From Candidatus Shapirobacteria bacterium (lineage in GTDB: Bacteria > Patescibacteriota > Microgenomatia > UBA12405): a stretch of DNA of 64,000 nucleotides. The stretch covers positions 81,838-145,837 of the forward strand of contig JBAZSP010000001.1 in assembly GCA_041663285.1 (NCBI GenBank), given 5' to 3'. Positions 38,957-48,037 of this stretch are shown here, piece by piece. The stretch's first letter is position 1; every line of letters starts with the position of its first letter. Under the pieces are notes generated by a model. That model worked only from the letters and a program-made list of their open reading frames with translations, ran no database searches and was not told the DNA's origin. The position numbers were made by a program, and so were the translations under genes.

Positions 38957-39852
38957 AAACAATTTTAGATTCAACCGCTATCTCAAAAATTGAAAAACAA
39001 TCCGACATGGATGAGTTTGTTTCTAGCCTAGGACTAAAATCCGAAACCGTTTTATTAAAACCTAACTGGGTCGATGTTTCTTTGGGCAGTCATACCGAAG
39101 CCAAAATTTTGGATCAATTTTTAACCTCATTAAAAGGCAAAAAAATCTATCTAGTCGAAAGTTACACCTTTTGGCGAACAGAAAAATCCACCCTTGGTCA
39201 AGGCGATTATTTTTCTTCTAAAGAGGCCTACTTCGAAACGGGCAAACAGCACTGGGATCATTTTAGGGAACAAGACCAATGGTTTTTAAATTATACCGGT
39301 ATCGGTGAAGTTCTAAAAAAACACCACACCACCTACCTAAATATTACCAGCGAGTTATGGCAGGAAAATACTACTAATTTAGTACCTAAAAAAATAAAAG
39401 ATCTTCACGGTGCTGATTTTATCAGTCTGGCCAAACTGAAGGGTGATAGTGAGTTTGGCGCCACCTTGTCCATTAAAAACTTTTTTGGCCTATACCCCGA
39501 TCCGCATCGGAAGAAATATCACGGTGAAGACGACACAAAACTTCTACAAAGTATCTTGGAGATAAATAAAACATATCGGCAACTGTTTAACTGCTTTTTT
39601 GTGGTCGAAGGAATTTTTACTGCCTCTCACGTTGACTGGGGGTCAAAAGGGCTACAGTCTTTTAAAGATTTTGGCGTGATAGTTGGCGGTAAAGATGGTT
39701 ATCAGGTTGATAGTTATGCTTTTAAATTAATTAACCGTCAGCCGTTGGGTCAACTTAAAAATTTGCTGTCCGACTACCAAAAAATATTTGGTGGAACTTT
39801 CACCAACCAGGAAATACCGTTTGATTATCATATAGAATTTCCACCTCTTTAA
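38953..39852 (+). CDS. DUF362-domain protein
   Basis: VLLKPNWV, ATLSIKNFFGLYPDP...KYHG, FFVVEGIFTASHVDWGSKG, FGVIVGGKDGYQVDSYAFKLI match the DUF362 pattern. Confidence 0.5.
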   Translation: MKTILDSTAISKIEKQSDMDEFVSSLGLKSETVLLKPNWVDVSLGSHTEAKILDQFLTSLKGKKIYLVESYTFWRTEKSTLGQGDYFSSKEAYFETGKQHWDHFREQDQWFLNYTGIGEVLKKHHTTYLNITSELWQENTTNLVPKKIKDLHGADFISLAKLKGDSEFGATLSIKNFFGLYPDPHRKKYHGEDDTKLLQSILEINKTYRQLFNCFFVVEGIFTASHVDWGSKGLQSFKDFGVIVGGKDGYQVDSYAFKLINRQPLGQLKNLLSDYQKIFGGTFTNQEIPFDYHIEFPPL

Positions 39853-39886
39853 ATCATTCGTCATTCTGGCTTGTCCAGAATCATTT

Positions 39887-40354
39887 ATGAACCAGATCAT
39901 TACCGATTTCCTCCAAGCCCGAAAAAAGTTTCTTCTGGCTCTTGATCAAGTTCCTCAAGATAAAAAAACCGATATACTTTTTGATCAATGGTCTTTAAAA
40001 GACATTGTGTCCCATCTTAATGGGTGGGATAAGTTTTTAATCGGGATAATTGAAGATTTACAATCAAATAGAGTACTCCAGAAATGGCAAAAAATTAATG
40101 AATTTAATCAAAAAAGCGTTTTTGCCCGTCAGGGTTGGAGTTGGAATCAAGTTTACCAGGAATTTATAGATATTGATGCAAATTTAAAAAAATTATTGCC
40201 TGAGCTAGATGATAATTTTTTGAACACAAAATTTTGGCCCAAAAACTCCTTTACCCCGCTTAAGTATATTAAGATCGAAACCAATCACTATCTCAAAACC
40301 CACCTCCCTGAAATCTATAAAAACATAAAAGATATCGTTAAAAATAATAAATAA
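39887..40354 (+). CDS. ClbS/DfsB (DUF1706)-family four-helix-bundle protein
   Basis: WSLKDIVSHLNGWD core typical of the ClbS/DfsB family, 155 aa. Confidence 0.5.
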   Translation: MNQIITDFLQARKKFLLALDQVPQDKKTDILFDQWSLKDIVSHLNGWDKFLIGIIEDLQSNRVLQKWQKINEFNQKSVFARQGWSWNQVYQEFIDIDANLKKLLPELDDNFLNTKFWPKNSFTPLKYIKIETNHYLKTHLPEIYKNIKDIVKNNK

Positions 40355-40360
40355 TTTAGG

Positions 40361-40433
40361 TTTTATTTAGTATTTAGAAATTAGAATTTAGAAATTGAAT
40401 AAAAATTTTGAATTAGAAATTAGAAATTAATTT
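40361..40433 (+). promoter_or_regulatory. AT-rich block with iterated (A)TTAGAAATT units immediately 5' of gatB
   Basis: tatttagaaattagaatttagaaattgaataaaaattttgaattagaaattagaaattaattt ends at the gatB ATG. A near-identical block lies 5' of dnaK. Confidence 0.5.
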
Positions 40434-41888
40434 ATGACCATCACTCCCATTATCGGTCTTGAAGTCCACGTCGAGCTCAAAACCAAATCAAAGATGTTCT
40501 GTGGCTGTGACGCCACCCACTTTCATATCGCTCCCAATACTCATACTTGCCCGGTTTGCCTTGGCCTCCCTGGTGCCTTGCCGGTGCCCAATCGGACAGC
40601 CATAGACTGGTGCCTAAAGCTCGGGCTAGCCTTAAATTGTTCTGTCAACAGCCAGTCGTTTTTTGAACGCAAGAACTACTTTTATCCGGACTTACCCAAG
40701 GGCTACCAAATATCCCAGTATCAAAAACCGTTTACCGTCAACGGTTTTATAACTATTAACGGGAATAAAATCCGAATCAACCGGGCGCATCTGGAAGAAG
40801 ACACCGCCAAATCAGTCCACCTCACCCAAGCCGGGGAGGATGTAACTCTGATAGATTTTAACCGTTCCGGTGTTCCACTGGTCGAAATTGTCTCCGAGCC
40901 CGATATTGGTTCTTCCTCTATGGCCAAAGATTATTTGGTCAAAATTCAGCAGCTAATCCGTTATTTAGAAATTTCCGATGCCGACATAGAACAGGGGAGT
41001 ATGCGCTGCGAGCCGACGGTTAATTTAAAAATCGAAACCGATGGCAAAATTGCTTTTACTCCTCTCGTCGAGGTCAAAAATATTGCCTCACTTACGGGGG
41101 TTCAGGCCGCTATCGACTACGAGCTTGACCGTCAGTTTAATTCTTGGAAGGAAACGGGCATTACCAAGGCCGATCCTTTAGGTATCAAAACCACCCGGGG
41201 TTGGGACGCCGCCAAACAACAAACCTTTTTACAACGGCAAAAAGAAGGCTCGTCGGACTATCGTTATTTTCCCGAGCCCGATATTCCTCCCTTTGAATTC
41301 ACCCCTAGCCATATCGCGGCTATTCACGCTACCTTACCTGAATTACCCGATCAAAAAATCACCCGTTATCAAAAGGATTTCAGCCTGAGCCAGTACGATT
41401 CGGAGACTCTGGCAGCTAACTCTGTTTTTGCTAAAGCCTATGATCAAGCCTTGGGAGCAGCTCCCCTGAAGGACAAATCAAAGTTCATCGCCAACCTTTT
41501 TCTGGGACCTCTGAAAACCTATTTAAACGAAACCAGTGCCGAAATCGATTTAGTCAAAATTAATCCGGATTATTTTTCTGATTTATTTAATTCTGTTTCC
41601 GATTCGGAACTGAGTGCGACCGTGGCCAAACAGGTAATTGTTGAAAGTTATCAGACCGGCCAGAATCCTGTCGCCATCGCAAAAACTAAAGGGCTTGTCC
41701 AGGTTTCCGACACCACCAAAATCGAAGCACTAGCCAAAGAGGTTATTGCCGCTAATCCCAAAGTCGCGGCCGATTACCAAAAAAATCCCAATGTAATTGG
41801 CTTCTTAATTGGCCAGCTTATGAAAGCCTCCGGTGGCTCCGCCAATCCCAAGTTGGCCAAGGAGATTCTGGAAAAATTGTTAACATAA
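40434..41888 (+). CDS. gatB: Asp/Glu-tRNA amidotransferase subunit B
   Basis: N-terminus IGLEVHVELKTKSKMFCGC, 484 aa with a C-terminal YqeY-like domain. Confidence 0.9.
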   Translation: MTITPIIGLEVHVELKTKSKMFCGCDATHFHIAPNTHTCPVCLGLPGALPVPNRTAIDWCLKLGLALNCSVNSQSFFERKNYFYPDLPKGYQISQYQKPFTVNGFITINGNKIRINRAHLEEDTAKSVHLTQAGEDVTLIDFNRSGVPLVEIVSEPDIGSSSMAKDYLVKIQQLIRYLEISDADIEQGSMRCEPTVNLKIETDGKIAFTPLVEVKNIASLTGVQAAIDYELDRQFNSWKETGITKADPLGIKTTRGWDAAKQQTFLQRQKEGSSDYRYFPEPDIPPFEFTPSHIAAIHATLPELPDQKITRYQKDFSLSQYDSETLAANSVFAKAYDQALGAAPLKDKSKFIANLFLGPLKTYLNETSAEIDLVKINPDYFSDLFNSVSDSELSATVAKQVIVESYQTGQNPVAIAKTKGLVQVSDTTKIEALAKEVIAANPKVAADYQKNPNVIGFLIGQLMKASGGSANPKLAKEILEKLLT

Positions 41889-42015
41889 TTATTTTCTATC
41901 ACTCCAGATTAATAGAATCTTCGCTTGACTTCGATGATTATTCACCGTATAAAAAATCAACCTCCCCAATAACCCCGAAAACGATAGCCCCCTCCTATTC
42001 CTGATAAAATAGTTA

Positions 42016-45000
42016 GTGAATCAGAATTTTTCCGATAACTTTAACCGCGAATATTTGCGACTAAACCCCGAACAAAAACAAGCCGTCGATACTATCGAAG
42101 GGCCGGTAATGGTTATTGCCGGTGCCGGTACCGGCAAGACCCAAACTATTGCCCTGCGGATTGCCAACATTCTTCAAAAGACCCAAACACCGCCCTCGTC
42201 CATCCTGTGCCTCACCTTCACCGATTCGGCTGCCGTCAATATGCGCCAGCGGCTGATTTCGATAATCGGCCCGACAGCCTACAGCGTCAAAATCTGCACC
42301 TTTCACGCCTTCTGTAACGAAATTATCCTGTCCCATCCTGATTATTTTATTTTTGCCAAAAGCTTGGCACCGGCCGACGATTTAGAAAAAATCGAAATTG
42401 TCGATAGTTTAATCGACCAGCTTCCCACCTCTTCGCCACTCAAGCCCTGGGGTGACTATTACTATTATCGGCCCGACCTTCTCCGCCTGATCCAATCCGT
42501 AAAACGGGAAAACATCACCCCGGAAATATATTCCAACCTTATCGAAGATCAGGCAAAGTTTATAAATCAAACCGCCGACCTCTACCGTGATCTAAAATCA
42601 ATGCGGGCTGGCAAGTCGTTGGAATCTGAGCTTTTAAGTCTTGTCACCCGCCTTATCGCTCTCCCCAACATTTCCCCAGCCATTATTTCCCAAATCTCCT
42701 ATCAACTTGGCCTTTATGAATCGGGAGGATTTGAGTCCGGAGCGGCCAAATCCCCGGCCGTAAATTTTAAAAATTCACTCCTCCACCTTTTCGATCAACT
42801 AATTCGTGATCTTCCCCGCCAGCAGGATGTCGCCCGCCTTTATCAGGCCTATCAGTCCGAACTTACCGCCCGCGGCCTTTACGATTTTGACGATATGATT
42901 CTCTATGTCATTAACGCTTTCGCCAGTTTCCCAGATTTGCTGCTAAATTATCAGGAGCTATATCATTATTTTTTAGTTGACGAATTCCAGGACACCAATT
43001 CCGCCCAAAATCAGATACTCGATCAGTTGGCATCGTATTTTTCCAGCCCCAATCTTTTTGTTGTCGGCGATGACGATCAGGCCATTTTCCGTTTTCAGGG
43101 GGCCTCAATCGAAAACATCCACAATTTTCAAAAAAAATACCAGCCCCGGGTTTATGTTCTCTGTCAAAATTACCGCAGCCATCAGCTTATTCTTGATTCG
43201 GCTTCGTCAGTTATTGGCCATAATCACACCCGGATTTCTAACTATCTTGAAAATATCGACAAGTCTTTAAAGTCGGCCGTTCTCACCCCTCCGGTACCCA
43301 TAAACTTACTTTCGGCTTCGGCTCCGGTCGACGAAAATTACTATCTGGCTACCCAGGTCAAACGGTTTCTTGATCAGGGCACCCCGCCCTCGAGTATCGC
43401 CATTCTTTTCCGCAACAATGCCGATATTGACGATCTTTGTCCGTTTTTATCCGCCCAAAACATCAGTTACTATTTGTCCTGCTCTCAAAAGATTCTGGAT
43501 ACTCCGTTGTTTTTTAGTCTGATTAATCTTTTATCGCTTATACTTCACCCCGGCCAATCCCACTTTCTTTATCAGCTACTTTGTTCTCCCTTTGTCTCAA
43601 TTTCTTCGGTGGATCTTCTCAAAATTTTGCGTTATTCCCAAAAGCATAATATAACTATTTCGGATCTGTTGAATGAAAAATCCAAGCTGTCTACTCTAAA
43701 ATTAAAACCAGCCACTCGCAAAAAACTGAAAAGGGTCTCTCGCCTTTTAGCCAAATCTCAAAAATGGCTTCAGAACTATCCTCTCTACTTGCTTTTTCAA
43801 ATTGTTATTCGTCGTTTCGGCTTTATCCGCTACTGCTTAAGGCTCAAAGATCCGGTAGTATTTGCCAAACTATATACTCTTTCTGCCGAAATCCGACGTT
43901 TAAGTACCGAAAAGAATTTCAGTTTATCTGATCTGCTTGCCCGCTTTAATAAATATTCCCAAAACCATCTTCCGCTTTCCTCTCCACCCCTGTCAGAAGA
44001 TACCGAAAAGTCAGTCCAGCTAATGACGGTTCATCATGCCAAAGGATTAGAATTTGACCACGTCTTTCTTTATAAGGTTGTCGATAAAAAATGGGGCAAT
44101 AATCCTGATCGTGGTATTCTTCGGCCTCCCCCGGGGATTTTAAAAACCGAAATGTCCCGTCAGCTAAATGACTCCAACGAAGACGAACGCCGGCTTTTTT
44201 ATGTCGCCTTAACCAGGGCAAAACAAAATCTGCATCTTAGTTTTTCCAATCAAACCGATACCGGTCGGCCTCAGCTACCCTCTGTCTTTATTTCCGAGAT
44301 CAATCCTGCCTGTTTAAAAATCATTACCCCCGATAATAACCGCCAACAGGCTTACGAGTCTTTTTTTTCGGTTCCCAAAGTGTTCTCCCCGCCGCTTTCG
44401 CTCCAAAAATCCCTTCACCGCCAATTATCGGCCGACTATCGGCTTAGTTATTCCCATTTGTCGGGCTATTTAGAATGTCCCTTTTGTTTTTATAATAGCA
44501 AAATTCTTCGGCTACCCTTACCTCAAGGACGGTTTGCTGCTTTGGGAACCGCTATCCACGCCGCCCTAAGCTTTCTTTATAATTTTTATCAGGCTAATAA
44601 CCGACTGCCTCCGGCTGATGAGGTAGTAGCCAATTTTACCCGATCCCTTACCCGGCATAGTCTCTCTTCTGTCGATCTAAAGGAGGCTACCACCCGCGGC
44701 CAAAAAATTCTAACCGACTATTATAAGGAAAAAGAGGCAACATTTAGCCCCAAGGCCATTATTGATTACGATTTTAAAGCCGATAACATTCTTCTTGACG
44801 GCATCCCCCTTACCGGCAAAATTGACAAGATTGATCTGATAAAAGACAATGTTATCGACATCACCGACTTCAAAACCGGTAATCCTGACTCCAGCGCCCG
44901 CCATCTTTCCCCGACCGGCGATTATTTCCGCCAGCTGGTTTTTTATAGTCTGCTGGTCCGGCTTAGCCCCAAATTAAAGTATCAGGTCCGTCAGGGAGTT

Positions 45001-45195
45001 ATAGAATTCGTCGCCCCTAGCGCCCGCCTTAATACCTTTGTTACCAAACGCTTCGATATTACCCCCACCGCTATTTCCGATCTTGAAAAGATTATTAAAG
45101 AAGTCTATGCCAAAATTATTGCCCTCGACTTTTTCCATCTTGGCCCGGATTGCCCCGACCGTGATCATCTCCACTATCTTTTCAAATATCTTTGA
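42016..45195 (+). CDS. UvrD-like helicase fused to a C-terminal PD-(D/E)xK (RecB/AddA-type) nuclease domain
   Basis: GTG start; motif I VIAGAGTGKTQT, motif II VDEFQDTN, then a C-terminal GKIDKIDLIKDNVIDITDFKTG nuclease motif; 1059 aa. Confidence 0.75.
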   Translation: MNQNFSDNFNREYLRLNPEQKQAVDTIEGPVMVIAGAGTGKTQTIALRIANILQKTQTPPSSILCLTFTDSAAVNMRQRLISIIGPTAYSVKICTFHAFCNEIILSHPDYFIFAKSLAPADDLEKIEIVDSLIDQLPTSSPLKPWGDYYYYRPDLLRLIQSVKRENITPEIYSNLIEDQAKFINQTADLYRDLKSMRAGKSLESELLSLVTRLIALPNISPAIISQISYQLGLYESGGFESGAAKSPAVNFKNSLLHLFDQLIRDLPRQQDVARLYQAYQSELTARGLYDFDDMILYVINAFASFPDLLLNYQELYHYFLVDEFQDTNSAQNQILDQLASYFSSPNLFVVGDDDQAIFRFQGASIENIHNFQKKYQPRVYVLCQNYRSHQLILDSASSVIGHNHTRISNYLENIDKSLKSAVLTPPVPINLLSASAPVDENYYLATQVKRFLDQGTPPSSIAILFRNNADIDDLCPFLSAQNISYYLSCSQKILDTPLFFSLINLLSLILHPGQSHFLYQLLCSPFVSISSVDLLKILRYSQKHNITISDLLNEKSKLSTLKLKPATRKKLKRVSRLLAKSQKWLQNYPLYLLFQIVIRRFGFIRYCLRLKDPVVFAKLYTLSAEIRRLSTEKNFSLSDLLARFNKYSQNHLPLSSPPLSEDTEKSVQLMTVHHAKGLEFDHVFLYKVVDKKWGNNPDRGILRPPPGILKTEMSRQLNDSNEDERRLFYVALTRAKQNLHLSFSNQTDTGRPQLPSVFISEINPACLKIITPDNNRQQAYESFFSVPKVFSPPLSLQKSLHRQLSADYRLSYSHLSGYLECPFCFYNSKILRLPLPQGRFAALGTAIHAALSFLYNFYQANNRLPPADEVVANFTRSLTRHSLSSVDLKEATTRGQKILTDYYKEKEATFSPKAIIDYDFKADNILLDGIPLTGKIDKIDLIKDNVIDITDFKTGNPDSSARHLSPTGDYFRQLVFYSLLVRLSPKLKYQVRQGVIEFVAPSARLNTFVTKRFDITPTAISDLEKIIKEVYAKIIALDFFHLGPDCPDRDHLHYLFKYL

Positions 45196-45235
45196 CCTGC
45201 TAACTGCCGTCTATACGGCTATGCCATAATACAAC

Positions 45236-46360
45236 ATGCATCTCCGGCCTCGGCTAAACCGTCTTCTCCGTCTTTTAGAACAGGGTTACGAGCCTCTCTC
45301 TACCATCGAAATTAGTTCTCAAGCAATTCTGAGTAATTACGATGCCTACTGTCAGGAATTTCCCAATAACATTTTTTGGCCTGTAATTAAATCCAATGCT
45401 TACGGACATGGTTTGGAAACTATCGTTCGAATCCTAAAGGATCGGCAGTTCCAATATTTTGTCGCCGATAGCTATTATGAAGCTCTTAAAATTTGGTCAG
45501 TCTCCTCGCATCCGGTCCTTATTATTGGCTCTACCTTGCCCCAGAACTATTCTAAAATGGATTTTTCCCGGTTAGCACTTATGGTTCAGGATAAAATAAC
45601 TCTCGAAGCGTTAGCCAGCCTGAGGAAGCCAATAAAAATCCATTTAAAAATCAACACCGGCCTAAATCGTCAGGGGATAGACATTGCTACTTTATCCGAC
45701 TATCTAATATTCATTTCCAAACATCCCTTTATTGAACTAGAGGGAATTATGTCTCACTTAGCCGACGCCGATAATCCCAAAGACAAATATACCCCCCGCC
45801 AACTTAAAGTCTTTGATCGATGTTTAAGTTTAGTCAACTCTTCAGGTTTTAGGCCCAAGTTTGTTCATCTTTCAGCTACAGCTGGTGTTACCAAGATTTG
45901 CCTTACTCAAATCAACACCGTCCGTCTCGGTCTTGGCCTTTATGGTTATGGCACTATTTCCGGGTTACAGCCGGCGCTGACATTTAAATCAGTCATTACT
46001 CAAATCAATCACCTAAAAAAGGGGGACAGAGTAGGCTACAACTTAACCTATACCGCTCCCCGGTCTTTAAATTATGCCGTCATCCCCGTTGGCTACTTTG
46101 AAGGTTTGGATCGTCGGCTAAGCAATCTCGGTTTTGTTAAATATCAAAATACCTACTTACCTATTATCGGCCGAATCAGTATGAATTTAACTGTGGTAAA
46201 CCTTCTCGACACTCACCCGCAATTGTTCGACCCGGTTGAGATTATCAGTTCAAATCCATCCGACAAAAACTCTTTACCAAGTATGGCTAACCAGTGCGAT
46301 ACTATTCCTTACGACCTTCTAGTCCACCTCACCGAGTCGGTAAGAAGAGTTGCCCAATAA
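45236..46360 (+). CDS. alr: alanine racemase
   Basis: PLP-Lys motif VIKSNAYGHGL and the C-terminal beta-domain, 374 aa. Confidence 0.85.
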   Translation: MHLRPRLNRLLRLLEQGYEPLSTIEISSQAILSNYDAYCQEFPNNIFWPVIKSNAYGHGLETIVRILKDRQFQYFVADSYYEALKIWSVSSHPVLIIGSTLPQNYSKMDFSRLALMVQDKITLEALASLRKPIKIHLKINTGLNRQGIDIATLSDYLIFISKHPFIELEGIMSHLADADNPKDKYTPRQLKVFDRCLSLVNSSGFRPKFVHLSATAGVTKICLTQINTVRLGLGLYGYGTISGLQPALTFKSVITQINHLKKGDRVGYNLTYTAPRSLNYAVIPVGYFEGLDRRLSNLGFVKYQNTYLPIIGRISMNLTVVNLLDTHPQLFDPVEIISSNPSDKNSLPSMANQCDTIPYDLLVHLTESVRRVAQ

Positions 46361-46399
46361 ATTCTGATCTCTTCCCAATTCGGGTTTCGTTCGGTAATA

Positions 46400-47665
46400 T
46401 TGTTTATCCTTATGTCTACCATTTTTTTAATCGCCACTGTTTTTCTCCAGATTGTCTTGTTGTACTTATTTTTAACCCAAAACAAATCCAATCGGGCCGA
46501 CGAAATCCTCAAAAAAATAGCCGAGATAGAAGACCGCCTGGGTCGGGGAATCAAAGATGAGTTTTCCACCAATCGCCAGGAATTATCCAACTCCTTCAAG
46601 AATTTTTCCGATTCCCAAAATCTCAATTTCCATAATTTTGGTCAAAAACTCGATCAGCTCATTAATAATATTAGTATCAGCCTCAACCAGGTCCGGGAGT
46701 CAGTCGAAAAGCGGCTTGAATCCCTCCAAAAAGACAATACCGATAAGTTGGAAAAAATGCGCCTCACTGTCGATGAGAAGCTCCAAACCACCCTCGAAAA
46801 ACGTCTGGGCGAATCATTCAAGCAGGTTAGTGTTCAGCTGGAATCTGTCTACAAAAATCTGGGCGAAATTAAATCTTTAACTACCGGAGTTGATACTCTT
46901 AATAAAGTTTTAACCAACATTAAAACCCGTGGCACTTGGGGCGAAGTTCAGCTTAACAACCTCTTGGAACAAATCCTTATTCCCGAGCAATACGGCAAAA
47001 ATGTGGCCGTAAAAGAGGGGAGTAATGAGCGGGTAGAATTTGCCATCAAGCTCCCCGGTAAAAACGATCCGGCCTCTCCTTGCTGGTTGCCGATTGATTC
47101 CAAATTCCCCCTAGAGGACTACCAGCGTTTGCTGGACGTCCAAAAATGTGGTGACCTGGCTCAAATAGACACCATCTCCAAGGCCCTCGAAAATCGGGTT
47201 AAGGGCGAAGCCAAATACATTTTTGACAAATACATCGATCCGCCTCACACCACCGATTTTGCCATCCTTTATCTGCCAATTGAAGGTTTATACGCCGAAG
47301 TTACCCAAAACCAACCCTTAATCGATACTATCCAAAGACAATTTCGGGTTACTGTCGCCGGACCGAACACTATCACAGCCCTTTTAAATAGCCTCCAAAT
47401 GGGTTTTAGGGTGTTGACTGTCGAAAAAAGGTCTTCCGAAGTTTGGGCGGTTTTGGGTACTGTCCGGAAAGAGTTTAGCTTATTTGGCGACCTGCTCGAC
47501 AAAACCCAGAAAAAACTACAGGAAGCCAGCAATGTCATAACCGACGCCTCGTCAAAGTCGCGCAACATAGCCTCCAGGTTGAATAAGGTCCAAACTCTAT
47601 CTGACGGTCCCGAATTAGCGACACCTCCTCCATTATTTCCGGAGTTACCCAAAAGCGAAACTTGA
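46400..47665 (+). CDS. rmuC: DNA recombination protein RmuC
   Basis: N-terminal TM, a long coiled-coil and a C-terminal RmuC nuclease-like domain (LPGKN...IDSKFPLEDY), 421 aa. Confidence 0.7.
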   Translation: MFILMSTIFLIATVFLQIVLLYLFLTQNKSNRADEILKKIAEIEDRLGRGIKDEFSTNRQELSNSFKNFSDSQNLNFHNFGQKLDQLINNISISLNQVRESVEKRLESLQKDNTDKLEKMRLTVDEKLQTTLEKRLGESFKQVSVQLESVYKNLGEIKSLTTGVDTLNKVLTNIKTRGTWGEVQLNNLLEQILIPEQYGKNVAVKEGSNERVEFAIKLPGKNDPASPCWLPIDSKFPLEDYQRLLDVQKCGDLAQIDTISKALENRVKGEAKYIFDKYIDPPHTTDFAILYLPIEGLYAEVTQNQPLIDTIQRQFRVTVAGPNTITALLNSLQMGFRVLTVEKRSSEVWAVLGTVRKEFSLFGDLLDKTQKKLQEASNVITDASSKSRNIASRLNKVQTLSDGPELATPPPLFPELPKSET

Positions 47666-48003
47666 TGTACCGAAACACTTCACTTCCCAAAAAATTCTTT
47701 CCCAAAAATCTTTTGCTAAGTTTTATTATTCTGTTTTGGTTACTTACTTTCCTCTACATATTTTTTATTCCTCCCTTAAGCATTCCGAACATATTCGGAC
47801 TTTTTGGCCTATTATTTATGGCCGTATTTTTGTCCGTCAAGATGCTGACCCAAAAAACAAAACTTTCTCTTTGGCTGGCTTTTTTTATACTGGCATGGCC
47901 GCTATTATCACTAACCCGCCTTCTTACCCTCCAAAACATCTGCCTGACTATCGCCATGTTTGCTTCCCTTTTCTTACTCTTCTCTTCAAAACATACCCCT
48001 TGA
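47662..48003 (+). CDS. hypothetical small membrane protein
   Basis: 113 aa with three hydrophobic helices. Its 3' end overlaps the hrcA promoter, so the coding status is uncertain. Confidence 0.25.
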   Translation: MMYRNTSLPKKFFPKNLLLSFIILFWLLTFLYIFFIPPLSIPNIFGLFGLLFMAVFLSVKMLTQKTKLSLWLAFFILAWPLLSLTRLLTLQNICLTIAMFASLFLLFSSKHTP

Positions 48004-48037
48004 CACTGTTTAGCACTCCCATTATTATATTGCTAAC
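48000..48037 (+). promoter_or_regulatory. sigma70-type promoter (TTGACA-17-TATTAT) overlapping a CIRCE-like inverted repeat directly upstream of hrcA
   Basis: ttgaca at 48000-48005, then a 17-nt spacer and tattat. TTAGCACTC at 48010-48018, then 9 nt, then tattgctaa at 48028-48036. The left half of the CIRCE consensus TTAGCACTC-N9-GAGTGCTAA matches exactly; the right half keeps TGCTAA. Confidence 0.6.
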
